A stretch of 48,556 nucleotides of DNA from Gemmatimonadales bacterium. Its GTDB lineage: Bacteria; Gemmatimonadota; Gemmatimonadetes; Gemmatimonadales; GWC2-71-9. The stretch's first letter is position 1. Every line of letters starts with the position of its first letter. The notes beneath the pieces were generated by a model. It did not search any database, had not been told where the DNA came from, and saw only the letters and a program-made list of their open reading frames with translations. The position numbers and the translations under genes were made by a program. Below are positions 1-9,256 of this stretch, piece after piece. Where the stretch lies: positions 1 through 48,556 of the forward strand of contig JAUYMC010000375.1 of assembly GCA_030699545.1 (NCBI GenBank). The letters are read 5' to 3'.

Positions 1-26
1 GGGCCGCCGGCGCCGGCGCGGCGCAA

Positions 27-2435
27 TTGAGCCCGCCCGGCACCGGCGGCGTCGCCGCGCTGGCCCAGACCCTCGCGCAGCTCGGCGCGAACAAGCGGGT
101 CCTCGTCATCGGAGCGCATCCCGATGACGAGGACACCCAGCTGCTGGTGCTGCTGACGCGCGGCATGGGCGCCCAGGCCGCCTATCTCTCGCTCACCCGC
201 GGCGAAGGCGGGCAAAACCTGATCGGACCCGAGCTCGGACCCGAGCTCGGCATCATCCGCACCGAAGAGCTGCTCGCGGCCCGGGAGCTGGACGGCGCCC
301 GCCAGTACTTCACGCGCGCGTACGATTTCGGCTTCTCCAAATCGGCCGAGGAGACGTTCCGGTTCTGGCCGCGCGATTCGATTCTCCAGGACGTGCTCGA
401 CGTCATCCGGCAATTTCGCCCGCAGATCGTCGTCGCCCTGTTTTCGGGGACGCCGCGCGACGGACACGGCCAGCACCAGGCGTCCGGCCTCCTCGCGCGC
501 CAGGCCTTCGACCTGCTGCGCGACGCCGCGGGGGGACCCGTCAAGCTGTACCGCTCCACCCGCTCCGACACGGCCGCGACGACGGTGGCCCTGCAGGCGG
601 GAACGCTCGACCCGGTGCTCGGCCACTCCTATTTCCAGGTGGCGATGGCCAGCCGCAGCCGGCATCGCTCGCAGGACATGGGTCAGCTGCAGCGCGCGGG
701 TCCGAGCACCGCCCGGCTCGGCCTCGTCGCGGCGAACACCGCGGGCGCGGGGCTGTTTGCCGGCGTGGATACCACCGTGCGCGCCGGCGCCGGATACGGG
801 GCCGCGATCGACTCCGCCCGGCGCGCGCTGAATCCGTGGAAGCCGGCGGCGGTGCTGCCGTACCTGACCCGCGCCGCGCGGCTGCTCGGGAGCGGCGACG
901 CCGAGCAGCAGGCGTTGCTCCAGCGCGCGATTGCGATTGCCGGCGGCGTCGCCGTCGACGGTACGGTGGACGACGGCATCGTCGTACAGGGCCAGCGGCT
1001 GCAGGTCGAGATCAGCGTCTGGAACACCGGCGACACCGCGGTGCAGCTCGACAGCATCGAGATTCGCACCGCGGGCGCGGGCTGGCTGGTCGAGCGCCTC
1101 GACCCCGTGACCGGCAGCGTCGCGCCCGGCGCCGTGGCCACGCGGCGCTTCGTGGTGACGGTCGCCCGCGATGCCGAGCGGACGCAGCCGTATTTCCTCC
1201 GGCGCCCGCGCGTGAGCAACGGCGGGTTGTACGACTGGTCGGGGATCCCGGCGACCACGCGAGGGCAGCCCTTCGAGCCGCCGCCGATCGAGGCGCGCGT
1301 GCGGCTGACGATTGCGGGGACGGCGGTGACGGTGACGCGGGAAGTCGTGTATCGCTATCGCGATCAGGCGATCGGAGAGATCCGCCGGCCGATCGTCGTC
1401 ACGCAGGCATTCGACGTCGCGCTCGCGCCCGAAGAGCTGCTGTGGCCCGTCGATGGCGGGAGGAACGAGCCGCGGCAGTTTACGGTGACGGTCACGAGCC
1501 GCAGCCGCGACGCGTCGGGAGCGGCGCGCGCCGTCGTCACGGCGCCCTCCGGCTGGCCGCCCGTCCCCGCGGAGAGCCTGCGGTTCACCCGGGAAGACGA
1601 GACGAAGAGTCTGACGGTCGCGCTCGCGCCGCCGGTCTCGCTCACGCCGGGCAGCTATGCCGTGCGCGCCACCGCGCAGGGGGCCGCTCGGCGCAGCGAC
1701 GGGGGGCTCGTGATCATCGACTATCCGCACATCCGGCCGCGCGCGCTCGCGCGCCCGTCCGGATCACAGATTCGCGCGGCGCGGATCACGTTGCCCGCAC
1801 TCTCGCGCGTGGGCTACGTGCGCGGCGCGGCCGATCGTGTGCCGGAGGCGCTGCTGCCGGCGGGCGTGCCGCTCGAGCTGCTCGACGCCGCCGCTCTGGC
1901 GCAGGCCGACCTCTCGCGCTACGACGCCATCGTCATCGGCAGCCGCGCGTACGAGACGGACCCGGCGCTGGTCGCCAACAACGGGCGGTTGCTCGACTAC
2001 GCGCGCGGCGGGGGCCTCGTGATCGTGCAGTACCAGCAGTACCCCTTCATTGCGGGGGGCTTCGCGCCGTATCCGCTGCGGATCGGCCGGCCGCACGATC
2101 GCGTGACCGATGAGACGGCACCGGTCACCGCGCTCGATCCCGCGCACCCCGTCTTCAATTATCCGAATGCCATTGGGCCGGACGACTGGCGCGGCTGGGT
2201 GCAGGAACGGGGGCTGTACTTCGCGCGCGACTGGGATTCGACGTACACGCCGCTGCTCGAAACGCACGATCCGGGGGGACCGGAGCTGAAGGGTGGCCTG
2301 CTGGTGGCGCCGCTCGGCCGCGGGACCTACGTGTACACCGGCCTGAGCTTTTTCCGCCAGCTCTCGGCCGGCGTGCCGGGGGCGTATCGCCTGTTCGCGA
2401 ACCTGCTGGGATTGAGGCGCACGAATGTTCCGTAG
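27..2435 (+). CDS. PIG-L/LmbE-family deacetylase with long C-terminal extension (ThuA / class-I amidotransferase-like end)
   Basis: 802-aa ORF. N-terminal VLVIGAHPDDED...LTRGEGG is the LmbE/PIG-L metal-site pattern. The C-terminal part (YDAIVIGSRAYE...GGGLVIVQYQQ) resembles ThuA-like domains. TTG at 27, and there is no in-frame stop between base 1 and 27, so the true start may lie upstream of the window. Confidence 0.8.
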   Translation: MSPPGTGGVAALAQTLAQLGANKRVLVIGAHPDDEDTQLLVLLTRGMGAQAAYLSLTRGEGGQNLIGPELGPELGIIRTEELLAARELDGARQYFTRAYDFGFSKSAEETFRFWPRDSILQDVLDVIRQFRPQIVVALFSGTPRDGHGQHQASGLLARQAFDLLRDAAGGPVKLYRSTRSDTAATTVALQAGTLDPVLGHSYFQVAMASRSRHRSQDMGQLQRAGPSTARLGLVAANTAGAGLFAGVDTTVRAGAGYGAAIDSARRALNPWKPAAVLPYLTRAARLLGSGDAEQQALLQRAIAIAGGVAVDGTVDDGIVVQGQRLQVEISVWNTGDTAVQLDSIEIRTAGAGWLVERLDPVTGSVAPGAVATRRFVVTVARDAERTQPYFLRRPRVSNGGLYDWSGIPATTRGQPFEPPPIEARVRLTIAGTAVTVTREVVYRYRDQAIGEIRRPIVVTQAFDVALAPEELLWPVDGGRNEPRQFTVTVTSRSRDASGAARAVVTAPSGWPPVPAESLRFTREDETKSLTVALAPPVSLTPGSYAVRATAQGAARRSDGGLVIIDYPHIRPRALARPSGSQIRAARITLPALSRVGYVRGAADRVPEALLPAGVPLELLDAAALAQADLSRYDAIVIGSRAYETDPALVANNGRLLDYARGGGLVIVQYQQYPFIAGGFAPYPLRIGRPHDRVTDETAPVTALDPAHPVFNYPNAIGPDDWRGWVQERGLYFARDWDSTYTPLLETHDPGGPELKGGLLVAPLGRGTYVYTGLSFFRQLSAGVPGAYRLFANLLGLRRTNVP

Positions 2436-3447
2436 CCTATGTGTAATCGGCGTTCTCCTCGCGGCCGGATGCCGCGGGGATTCCCGAACGCCATTGGTCA
2501 TCTACAGTCCCCACGGCCGCGACTTGCTGACGCTCTTCGAGCGGCGGTTCGAGGCGGTGCGTCCCGACGTGGACGTCCGCTGGCTCGACATGGGCTCGCA
2601 GGAGGTCTACGACCGCGTGCGCTCCGAGCGCGCCAATCCGCAGGCGGACGTCTGGTTCGGCGGGCCGTCGCTGATTTTCGCCTCGGCGGCGCGCGACTCG
2701 CTGCTCGACTGCGGCGCGGCGCCGACGTGGATGGACGCGATTGCCCCGCGCGGGCGTGGCGCGGGGCGCTGTTACCTGGCCGCGTACGAAACGCCGGCCG
2801 TGCTGCTGTATCCGGAGGAGGCGCTGAGCGCCGCGGAGGCGCCGCAGGACTGGGATGACCTGCTCGACCCGCGCTGGCGCGGCCAGGTGATCATTCGCGA
2901 TCCGCTGGCGAGCGGGACGATGCGCGCCGTGTGGGGGTTGATCATCAGCCGCGGCCTCGCCGCCACGGGCGACACCGGAGCGGGCTTCGCCTGGCTGCGC
3001 CGTCTCGATGGGCAGACGAAGGAGTACGTGCAGAACCCCGCGCTCGTGAGCGAGAAGATCGCCCGTCAGGAGGCGCTGGTCACCGTCTGGGATCTGCCCG
3101 ACGTCCTGATCAGCCGCCGGCGCGGGATGCGGATCGGCTACGTCTTTCCGCGCAGCGGGACGGTGGCGATCGAAGACGGCATCGGCGTGGTGCGCGGCAC
3201 CAAACGGCTCGCCGCGGCCCGCGCCTTCGTGGAGTTCGTCGGCGGCACGGAGATGCAGCTCGCCGCCGCGCGCGACGTGTTCCGGCTGCCCGCCCGGCTC
3301 GATCTCCCCGCCGATTCGCTGCCCGACTGGGTGCGCGACGTGCGGCGCCGCATGGTCGTCGCGGATGTGGACTGGTCGCTCATCGCCGAGCGCGGGCCCG
3401 ACTGGATGCGCTGGTGGGACCAACACGTGCGCGGCACGGGGCGGTGA
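2425..3447 (+). CDS. ABC transporter substrate-binding lipoprotein, ferric (AfuA/FbpA)-type family-1 SBP
   Basis: 340 aa. Lipobox LLAAGC. The VIYSPHG...ANPQADVWFGG pattern is typical of the Fe3+/thiamine/2-AEP SBP class. Overlaps the upstream gene by 11 nt. Confidence 0.8.
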   Translation: MFRSLCVIGVLLAAGCRGDSRTPLVIYSPHGRDLLTLFERRFEAVRPDVDVRWLDMGSQEVYDRVRSERANPQADVWFGGPSLIFASAARDSLLDCGAAPTWMDAIAPRGRGAGRCYLAAYETPAVLLYPEEALSAAEAPQDWDDLLDPRWRGQVIIRDPLASGTMRAVWGLIISRGLAATGDTGAGFAWLRRLDGQTKEYVQNPALVSEKIARQEALVTVWDLPDVLISRRRGMRIGYVFPRSGTVAIEDGIGVVRGTKRLAAARAFVEFVGGTEMQLAAARDVFRLPARLDLPADSLPDWVRDVRRRMVVADVDWSLIAERGPDWMRWWDQHVRGTGR

Positions 3448-4424
3448 CCGGCTTCCTCGCGGTTCAGGCGATCACGAAACAGTGGGCGCACACCGTCACG
3501 GTCGGGCCGATCTCCCTCGACATCGCCCGCGGCGAAATCGTCGCGCTCCTCGGCCCCTCGGGCAGCGGCAAGACGACCATGCTGCGGCTCCTCGCCGGAT
3601 TCGAGACGGCCGACAGCGGCCGGATCGTCGTGGACGGGGAGGACGTCACGGCGGCGCCGCCGGCGCGGCGCCGCTTCGGGATGGTGTTCCAACACTACGC
3701 CCTCTTTCCGCACCTCGACGTCGGTGAGAATGTCGGGTTTGGATTGACCGGGAGCCGGGAGCGGGGAGCCGCTGCGGCGAAGGTGGCGGAGGCCCTGGCG
3801 CTCGTGGACCTCGCCGGCTTCGAGCGGCGCAAAGTCCACGAGCTGTCGGGCGGACAGCAGCAGCGCGTCGCGCTGGCGCGCGCGCTCGCGCCGGAACCGC
3901 GGGTCCTGCTGCTCGACGAGCCGCTGTCGAATCTCGATCCCGCGCTGCGCGAGCGCACGCGCCGCGAGCTGCGCCAGCTGATCCAGCGCGTCGCCATCAC
4001 CACCGTCTTCGTCACGCACGAGCAGGAAGAGGCGTTCGACTTGGGAGACCGCGTGGCGGTCCTGAACGCGGGCCGGCTCGAGCAGGCCGGCGTGGCCGAC
4101 GAGCTGTATGAGCATCCGGCGTCGCTCTTTGTCGCTTCGTTCGTGGGCCGGGCGAACGTGTTTCACGGTGCGGCGGCCCGTGCGCTGGGGGGCCGGGACG
4201 GGCAGCTCGTGGTCGCCCGTCCGGAACGGCTGCGCTTCGCGGCGAGCGGGCTCGCCGGCGTCGTGCGCGAGCGGCGGTACACGGGACCGGCCGCCTTCTA
4301 TCTGGTGGAGAGCGGCGACGGCGCGCGGTTCGAGGTCATGGCGGAGCCCGGCGCGGCGCGCGTGGGCGACCCGGTGCACGTGACGGCGAGCAGCCTGCTG
4401 ACGTTTCCGGACGGCGCGCCGTGA
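3444..4424 (+). CDS. ABC transporter ATP-binding protein (FbpC/PotA-like with C-terminal TOBE-like region)
   Basis: Walker A GPSGSGKT, signature LSGGQQQR, Walker B LLLDEP. GTG at 3444 overlaps the SBP stop (GTGA). The track ORF 2931..4424 is an in-frame upstream extension lying inside the SBP gene. Confidence 0.85.
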   Translation: MTGFLAVQAITKQWAHTVTVGPISLDIARGEIVALLGPSGSGKTTMLRLLAGFETADSGRIVVDGEDVTAAPPARRRFGMVFQHYALFPHLDVGENVGFGLTGSRERGAAAAKVAEALALVDLAGFERRKVHELSGGQQQRVALARALAPEPRVLLLDEPLSNLDPALRERTRRELRQLIQRVAITTVFVTHEQEEAFDLGDRVAVLNAGRLEQAGVADELYEHPASLFVASFVGRANVFHGAAARALGGRDGQLVVARPERLRFAASGLAGVVRERRYTGPAAFYLVESGDGARFEVMAEPGAARVGDPVHVTASSLLTFPDGAP

Positions 4425-6046
4425 GCCGGCGCGCCGCGGAGCTGACGGCGCTCGCGCTCACGCTGCTGCTCGCCTGGATCGTGCTGTATCCGATTCTCAT
4501 CGTGGCGACGGACGCCGCCGACGCGAGCGCGCTCCGCGCCTTCGTGTCCCGACCCGGGGAATGGGCCGCCCTCTGGGCGAGCATCTGGATCTCGCTCGCG
4601 AGCGTCGCGCTGGCCGCCGCCATCGGCATCCCGCTGGCCTTCCTCTTCGAGTGGTTCGAATTCCCGGGACGCAAGACGCTGGGGTCGCTCGTCGCGCTCC
4701 CCGTGGTGCTGCCGCCGCTGGTGGGCGTGATCGCCTTCCTCTTCTTGTACGGCGAGTCCGGATTCATCGCCCGGGCGGTGCAGGCGCTGCTCGGGCTCGA
4801 GCGTGCGCCGTGGCGGCTGCAGGGGCCGGGCGCGATTCTCCTCGTCCACGCCTATTCGATGTACGTGTACTTCTACCTGTTCACGCGCGCGGGGCTGGCC
4901 CGCCTCGACGTCTCGATGCTGGAAGCGGCGCAGGCGCTCGGCGCCGGGCGCCGGGCCACCCTGAGGCGCGTGGTCCTCCCCCTCGTGCGGCCCGCCCTCG
5001 TCGGGGCGGCGATCCTGACGTTCATGACCGCGCTCGGCTCCTTCAGCGCACCGTACATCTTCGGCGGCGGCTTTCGCGTCATGACGACGCAAATCGTCGC
5101 CACCAAACTGAACGGCGATCTGCCCCTCGCGATGGTCGAGACGCTCGCGCTCGCGCTCGTGGCGATCGTGGGCCTCGTGCTGCTGCGCCGCACCGAGGGC
5201 GACGCCATTCTCGTGGCCTTGGGGAAGGGGACCGCACCCCGTCCGCGGCCGATCCGGCGGCGCGGGATCCGCCTCGCGGCCGCGGCGGCGGGATGGGGAC
5301 TCGCCGTGGTGTTGTTGCTGCCCCATCTCACGTTGGGGTTGGTGTCGCTCGTCCCCTACGGCGCCTGGACCACCGAGATCATTCCGCCGGTCCTGAACTT
5401 CGAGAATTACCGCCGCCTGTTCAGCGAGGCCGAGCGGCTGCGGCCGCTGCTCAACTCGGTCTGGATGGCGGCCGTCAGCACGGCGGCGGCGGTGATCCTG
5501 GCGCTCCTCGCCGGCTGGCTCATCGTCCGCCGGCGCGTGGCGGTGCGGCGGGCGATCGAGGGCCTGCTGGCACTGCCGTGGGCACTGCCGGGAACCGTGT
5601 TCGCGATCGCGCTCGCCACGACGTTCAGTGTGAACGCCCCCGCCCGGTTGCGCCTCGTGCTGGTCGGCACGGCGGTGATCCTCCCCCTCGCCTATCTCGT
5701 GCGCGCGCTGCCCCTCGCCGGCCGCGGGCTGCTCGCCGCCTATCGCCAGATGGATCCCGCGCTCGAAGAGGCCGCCGCGAGTCTGGGCGCCGGCCGCTGG
5801 CGCACCGTGACCCGCGTGACGTTGCCGCAGCTCAAGCCGGGGCTCGCCGCCGGCGCGAGCCTCGCCTTCGTCGCGGCGCTCGGCGACATCGTCGCCTCGA
5901 TCGTGCTCTACACCTACGAGACCCGTCCCATCGCGATCGAGATCCTGTCGAGTCTGCGCCTCTCGGAAACGGGCGTCGCCGCCGCGTTCGGCGTCGTGCT
6001 GATGGTCGTGAGCGCGCTCGTGCTCGGCGTCGGAGCGAGACGATGA
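4421..6046 (+). CDS. ABC transporter permease, fused double-TMD (FbpB-like)
   Basis: 541 aa and highly hydrophobic, with two repeated permease halves (each with an EAA-like loop: LEAAQALGAGR and LEEAAASLGAGR). The start overlaps the ATPase stop. Confidence 0.85.
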   Translation: MSRRAAELTALALTLLLAWIVLYPILIVATDAADASALRAFVSRPGEWAALWASIWISLASVALAAAIGIPLAFLFEWFEFPGRKTLGSLVALPVVLPPLVGVIAFLFLYGESGFIARAVQALLGLERAPWRLQGPGAILLVHAYSMYVYFYLFTRAGLARLDVSMLEAAQALGAGRRATLRRVVLPLVRPALVGAAILTFMTALGSFSAPYIFGGGFRVMTTQIVATKLNGDLPLAMVETLALALVAIVGLVLLRRTEGDAILVALGKGTAPRPRPIRRRGIRLAAAAAGWGLAVVLLLPHLTLGLVSLVPYGAWTTEIIPPVLNFENYRRLFSEAERLRPLLNSVWMAAVSTAAAVILALLAGWLIVRRRVAVRRAIEGLLALPWALPGTVFAIALATTFSVNAPARLRLVLVGTAVILPLAYLVRALPLAGRGLLAAYRQMDPALEEAAASLGAGRWRTVTRVTLPQLKPGLAAGASLAFVAALGDIVASIVLYTYETRPIAIEILSSLRLSETGVAAAFGVVLMVVSALVLGVGARR

Positions 6047-7245
6047 GGCGGCTCGCGGTGCTGATGGCGGTCTGCTTCCTCGACATGCTCGGGCTGATGC
6101 TCGTGGCGCCGCTGATGCCGTTCTACGCCACACGCATGCAGGCCGCCGAGTGGATGGTGGGCCCGCTGATCGCCTCCTTCGCGGTCGCGCAGCTCGTTTC
6201 CTCCCCCATCTGGGGAAAGTTTTCCGATCGCTATGGACGGCGGCCGGCGATGCTCATCGGCCTCGCCGCCTCCGCGTTCGCCTACATCATCTTCGGATTT
6301 GCGAACAGTCTCGTGCTCCTCTTCGCCTCACGCATCGTGCAGGGGTTGGGGGGCGGGACGACCGGGGTGGCCCAGGCCTACGTGGCCGACACGATGGCCC
6401 CGGCGGAGCGCGCCAAGGCGCTGGGCTGGATCTCCGCCGCGACGAGCGCCGGAGTGATGATCGGCCCCGTCATCGGCTCGGTGGCGCGGCGGTTCGGCAC
6501 CGAAGTGCCCGGTCTGGTCGCCGCCGTCCTCATGTTGCTGTGTGTGGCGTTCGCCTGGCGCTGGCTGCCGGAGTCACGCGTCCGCCACACGCATTCGCCG
6601 AGCGGCCAGCAGCTGCCGCCGGGGGGGGGCCGCTCCGTCCGGCGCGCGCTGTGGGAGATCATCGCCCACCCCGCGACGCCGGCGCACCGCGTGATCTGGA
6701 TTTACGTGGTCGGCATGCTCGCGCTCAACGTGGTCATCGGCGTGTTGGCGCTGTATCTCATGAACGTCTACTTCGTCACGGAGGAGACGATCGGCTACTT
6801 CTTCACGGTGTTCGGCGTCGTGGGCGTCCTGATGCGCATCTCGCTCGTGGGGTGGTTCAACGCCCGATTCGGCGAGATCCGGACGATGCAGATCGGCACC
6901 GTCTGTCTGATGCTCGGGCTCGCCTTGATGCCGCTGCCCGCGGCGCTGTTCGGGGGCGCGGCGGCGCTGTCGCTGTTCATCGTGTTCATGATGCTCGTGC
7001 CCATCGGCACGGCGCTGCTGTTCCCGGCGTCGACGTCGCTCGTGAGCCAGCGCGTCGAGCGGCACGAGCAGGGGCTGGTGATGGGCGCGCAGCAGACGTT
7101 CCGGGGCATCATGAGCATCGTCGGCCCCATCGGCGCGACGGTCACCTTCGCGGCGTGGGGCCACGGCGTGCCGTTCCTGCTGGCGGCGGCGATCGTGGGG
7201 ATCGCGGCCGCGCTGGCGTTCCGCGAACGCTCGCCGCTACTTTGA
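6043..7245 (+). CDS. MFS transporter (DHA1 drug/H+ antiporter-like)
   Basis: ATG at 6043 overlaps the permease stop (ATGA). MFS motif A GKFSDRYGRRP, about 12 hydrophobic segments. The track ORF 4561..7245 is an in-frame upstream shadow extension. Confidence 0.85.
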   Translation: MRRLAVLMAVCFLDMLGLMLVAPLMPFYATRMQAAEWMVGPLIASFAVAQLVSSPIWGKFSDRYGRRPAMLIGLAASAFAYIIFGFANSLVLLFASRIVQGLGGGTTGVAQAYVADTMAPAERAKALGWISAATSAGVMIGPVIGSVARRFGTEVPGLVAAVLMLLCVAFAWRWLPESRVRHTHSPSGQQLPPGGGRSVRRALWEIIAHPATPAHRVIWIYVVGMLALNVVIGVLALYLMNVYFVTEETIGYFFTVFGVVGVLMRISLVGWFNARFGEIRTMQIGTVCLMLGLALMPLPAALFGGAAALSLFIVFMMLVPIGTALLFPASTSLVSQRVERHEQGLVMGAQQTFRGIMSIVGPIGATVTFAAWGHGVPFLLAAAIVGIAAALAFRERSPLL

Positions 7246-7250
7246 AGGCC

Positions 7251-8843
7251 ATGACCCTCATTCCCTTGCTCGTGCTGTCCGCGCTGGGTGGCGGCGATGG
7301 CCGAGCGGCGCCGCCCCGCCCCAGGCTCGTCGTCGTGATCACGATCGATCAGTTCCGTCCCGATTACTTCGAGCGGTGGAAGCCGCAGATCACGGGCGGA
7401 CTGTTTCAACTCCTGAACGAAGGCGCGGTGTTCAGCGAGGGCTATCAGGACCACGCGGCCACCGAGACGGCGCCGGGCCACGCGACGATTCTCTCGGGTC
7501 TCTGGCCGGCCCATAACGGGATCCTCCGGAACAACGCAGGCGTGCAGGACTCGACCGCGCCGCTGCTGGTCGCGACCAACGGACCGGGCGCGTCCCCCCG
7601 GCGCTTTCGCGGCACTACGCTGTTCGACTGGCTCAAGGCGGTGGACCCGGCGGCGCGGGCGCTGTCGGTCAGCCGCAAGGACCGCGGCGCGATTCTGCCG
7701 ATCGGTCACGCGAAACAGCAGGTCTACTGGTATCAATCGGGCATTTTCACGACGAGCCGCTATTACGCCGACTCGCTGCCGGCCTGGGTGCGCGCGTTCA
7801 ACGCCCGCGGCCTCCCCTTCAAGGCCGCGGGAACGGCGTGGACCCTGCTGCTCCCCGACAGCGCGTACCAAGAGGAAGACAACGAACCCTGGGAGAACCG
7901 CGGACGCGATATCGTCTTTCCCCATCGCTATCCGGTGGATACGGCGCGCGCGGCGAGCATGGTTGCGAACACGCCGGCGATCGATTCGCTGACGCTGCTC
8001 TTCGCGCTGGAAGGGCTCGAGACTTTGCGGCTGGGCCACCGCAGCAACGGCACCGATCTGCTGGCGGTCAGCCTCTCGGCGACCGACGCCGTCGGGCACT
8101 CCTACGGTCCCGACTCCCGGGAAGTCCACGACCAGGTGCTCCGGCTCGATCGGTATCTCGGCTGGTTCCTGAAGCGCGTCACGGACCGCGTGGGACGCGA
8201 CAACGTCGTCATCGTGCTGACCGCCGACCATGGCGTGACGCCGCTGCCCGAGCGGGTGCGCGCCAAGACCGGCACGCAGGTCTATCGCGTGCTGCTGGAT
8301 ACGCTCGTCACCGCGGTAAACCGCGAGCTCGACCGCCTCGCCGGTGGGGGGGGCGCGTCGCGCGAGTGGCTGAGCTTCGACAGCGGGATGCTGTTTCTCC
8401 AGGACAACGGCCGCTTTGCGGCGATGAGCCTCAACACCGACAGCATCATCGACGCCGTCGCCGCGCGGATCCGCGCGGTGCCGGGCGTCGCGCGCGCGGA
8501 CCAGCCGGCGGATCTCGCGCGCGCCGATACGGTCTCCGATCCCGTGGCCCGCCGCTGGATCCACCATATCCCCGCGGACGCGGGCATCGTGCTGGCGGTG
8601 ACGCCGCACCCGGGGTCGATCTGGGACATCCCCAACGTCCCGATCGCGATGCACGGCCATCCCAGCGAGGACGATGCGCATGTCCCGATCATCCTCTGGG
8701 GCCGGGGCGTGAAGCGGGGGACGTACGCGGGCCGCATGAACACCGTGGACATCGCCCCCACGTTGGGGCAGCTGTTGGGGGTGACGCCGTTGTCGCTCAT
8801 CGATGGGCACGCGCGGACCGACGCCCTCGTGCCGAGGGATTAG
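7251..8843 (+). CDS. Secreted alkaline-phosphatase-superfamily enzyme, nucleotide pyrophosphatase/phosphodiesterase (NPP)-like
   Basis: ATG at 7251 and a signal-like N-terminus. ITIDQFRPDYF and TETAPGHATILSGLWPAHNGI match the NPP metal site and Thr-nucleophile motifs. LTADHGV lies near the C-terminal metal site. Confidence 0.8.
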   Translation: MTLIPLLVLSALGGGDGRAAPPRPRLVVVITIDQFRPDYFERWKPQITGGLFQLLNEGAVFSEGYQDHAATETAPGHATILSGLWPAHNGILRNNAGVQDSTAPLLVATNGPGASPRRFRGTTLFDWLKAVDPAARALSVSRKDRGAILPIGHAKQQVYWYQSGIFTTSRYYADSLPAWVRAFNARGLPFKAAGTAWTLLLPDSAYQEEDNEPWENRGRDIVFPHRYPVDTARAASMVANTPAIDSLTLLFALEGLETLRLGHRSNGTDLLAVSLSATDAVGHSYGPDSREVHDQVLRLDRYLGWFLKRVTDRVGRDNVVIVLTADHGVTPLPERVRAKTGTQVYRVLLDTLVTAVNRELDRLAGGGGASREWLSFDSGMLFLQDNGRFAAMSLNTDSIIDAVAARIRAVPGVARADQPADLARADTVSDPVARRWIHHIPADAGIVLAVTPHPGSIWDIPNVPIAMHGHPSEDDAHVPIILWGRGVKRGTYAGRMNTVDIAPTLGQLLGVTPLSLIDGHARTDALVPRD

Positions 8844-9227
8844 GTGACCGTTCACAAGCTCACCCCCAGTCAACTGCGCCGCATCGAGGAGATTCACCAA
8901 TTCATGCGATCCGTCGAGCACGTGAAAAAACTGGTGGACGAGCTCGAGTCGAGCCGGGCCGCGCGGCCGGTGATCATCAACAACCTCTGCGGCGCCATCG
9001 CGCGCGAGCTGTCGCAGATGCGGCAGCGGGCGCTCAGCGCCAATACCGGCACGCTGGCCGACGTCGCCGGCGGCCTCGCCGTCCTCGCGGCGCGCCAGGG
9101 CAGTGGGCTCGCCTTCAAGATCCGGGCGCTGCTCGAAGGCGTGAACAGTTTGACGATGCAGCTCGAACAGTCGCTCAAGGCCGCCTCACAACTGGAGCAG
9201 GCGACCCCGGACCAGAAGCCGACCTGA
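8844..9227 (+). CDS. Hypothetical all-helical protein (127 aa), coupled to the downstream ABC-2 exporter
   Basis: GTG start directly after the upstream stop. High third-position GC. No recognisable motif. Heptad-like Leu/Glu/Gln-rich ends. Confidence 0.6.
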   Translation: MTVHKLTPSQLRRIEEIHQFMRSVEHVKKLVDELESSRAARPVIINNLCGAIARELSQMRQRALSANTGTLADVAGGLAVLAARQGSGLAFKIRALLEGVNSLTMQLEQSLKAASQLEQATPDQKPT

Positions 9228-9256
9228 CGCTCACCGCTCCCGCAACCGCGGCCGCC

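Noticed and set aside
2931-3443. N-terminal extensions of track ORFs (2931, 4561, 6150, 7838, 14009, 18287, 25341, 28067, 32339, 36159, 38678, 39768, 42204, 43363 starts).
   Set aside because: The extended parts overlap the preceding gene in another frame and translate to low-complexity sequence. In each case a start codon overlapping or abutting the upstream stop, followed immediately by a sensible N-terminus, gives a better model.
4298-6133. Very long alternative-frame and antisense ORFs (for example 4298..6133 -, 23155..26133 -, 10871..13264 +, 836..2113 +, 30630..32459 -, 34396..36180 -, 45623..47176 -).
   Set aside because: Their translations are Arg/Ala/Gly/Pro/Asp-rich low-complexity strings with no motifs. 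They lie opposite or out of frame to genes with clear family motifs. Such shadow ORFs are expected in ~70% GC DNA because stop codons are rare.
6621-6629. G/C homopolymers as possible phase-variation tracts: G9 at 6621-6629 in the MFS gene, G8 at 8346-8353 and 9955-9962, G8 at 24392-24399 (C8 in the kinase sense strand), and C8 at 45675-45682.
   Set aside because: Runs of this kind recur in many unrelated housekeeping-type genes here and simply encode Gly-Gly-Gly or Pro-Pro-Pro with the preferred GGG/CCC codons. With no enrichment in surface genes, there is no specific case for contingency loci.
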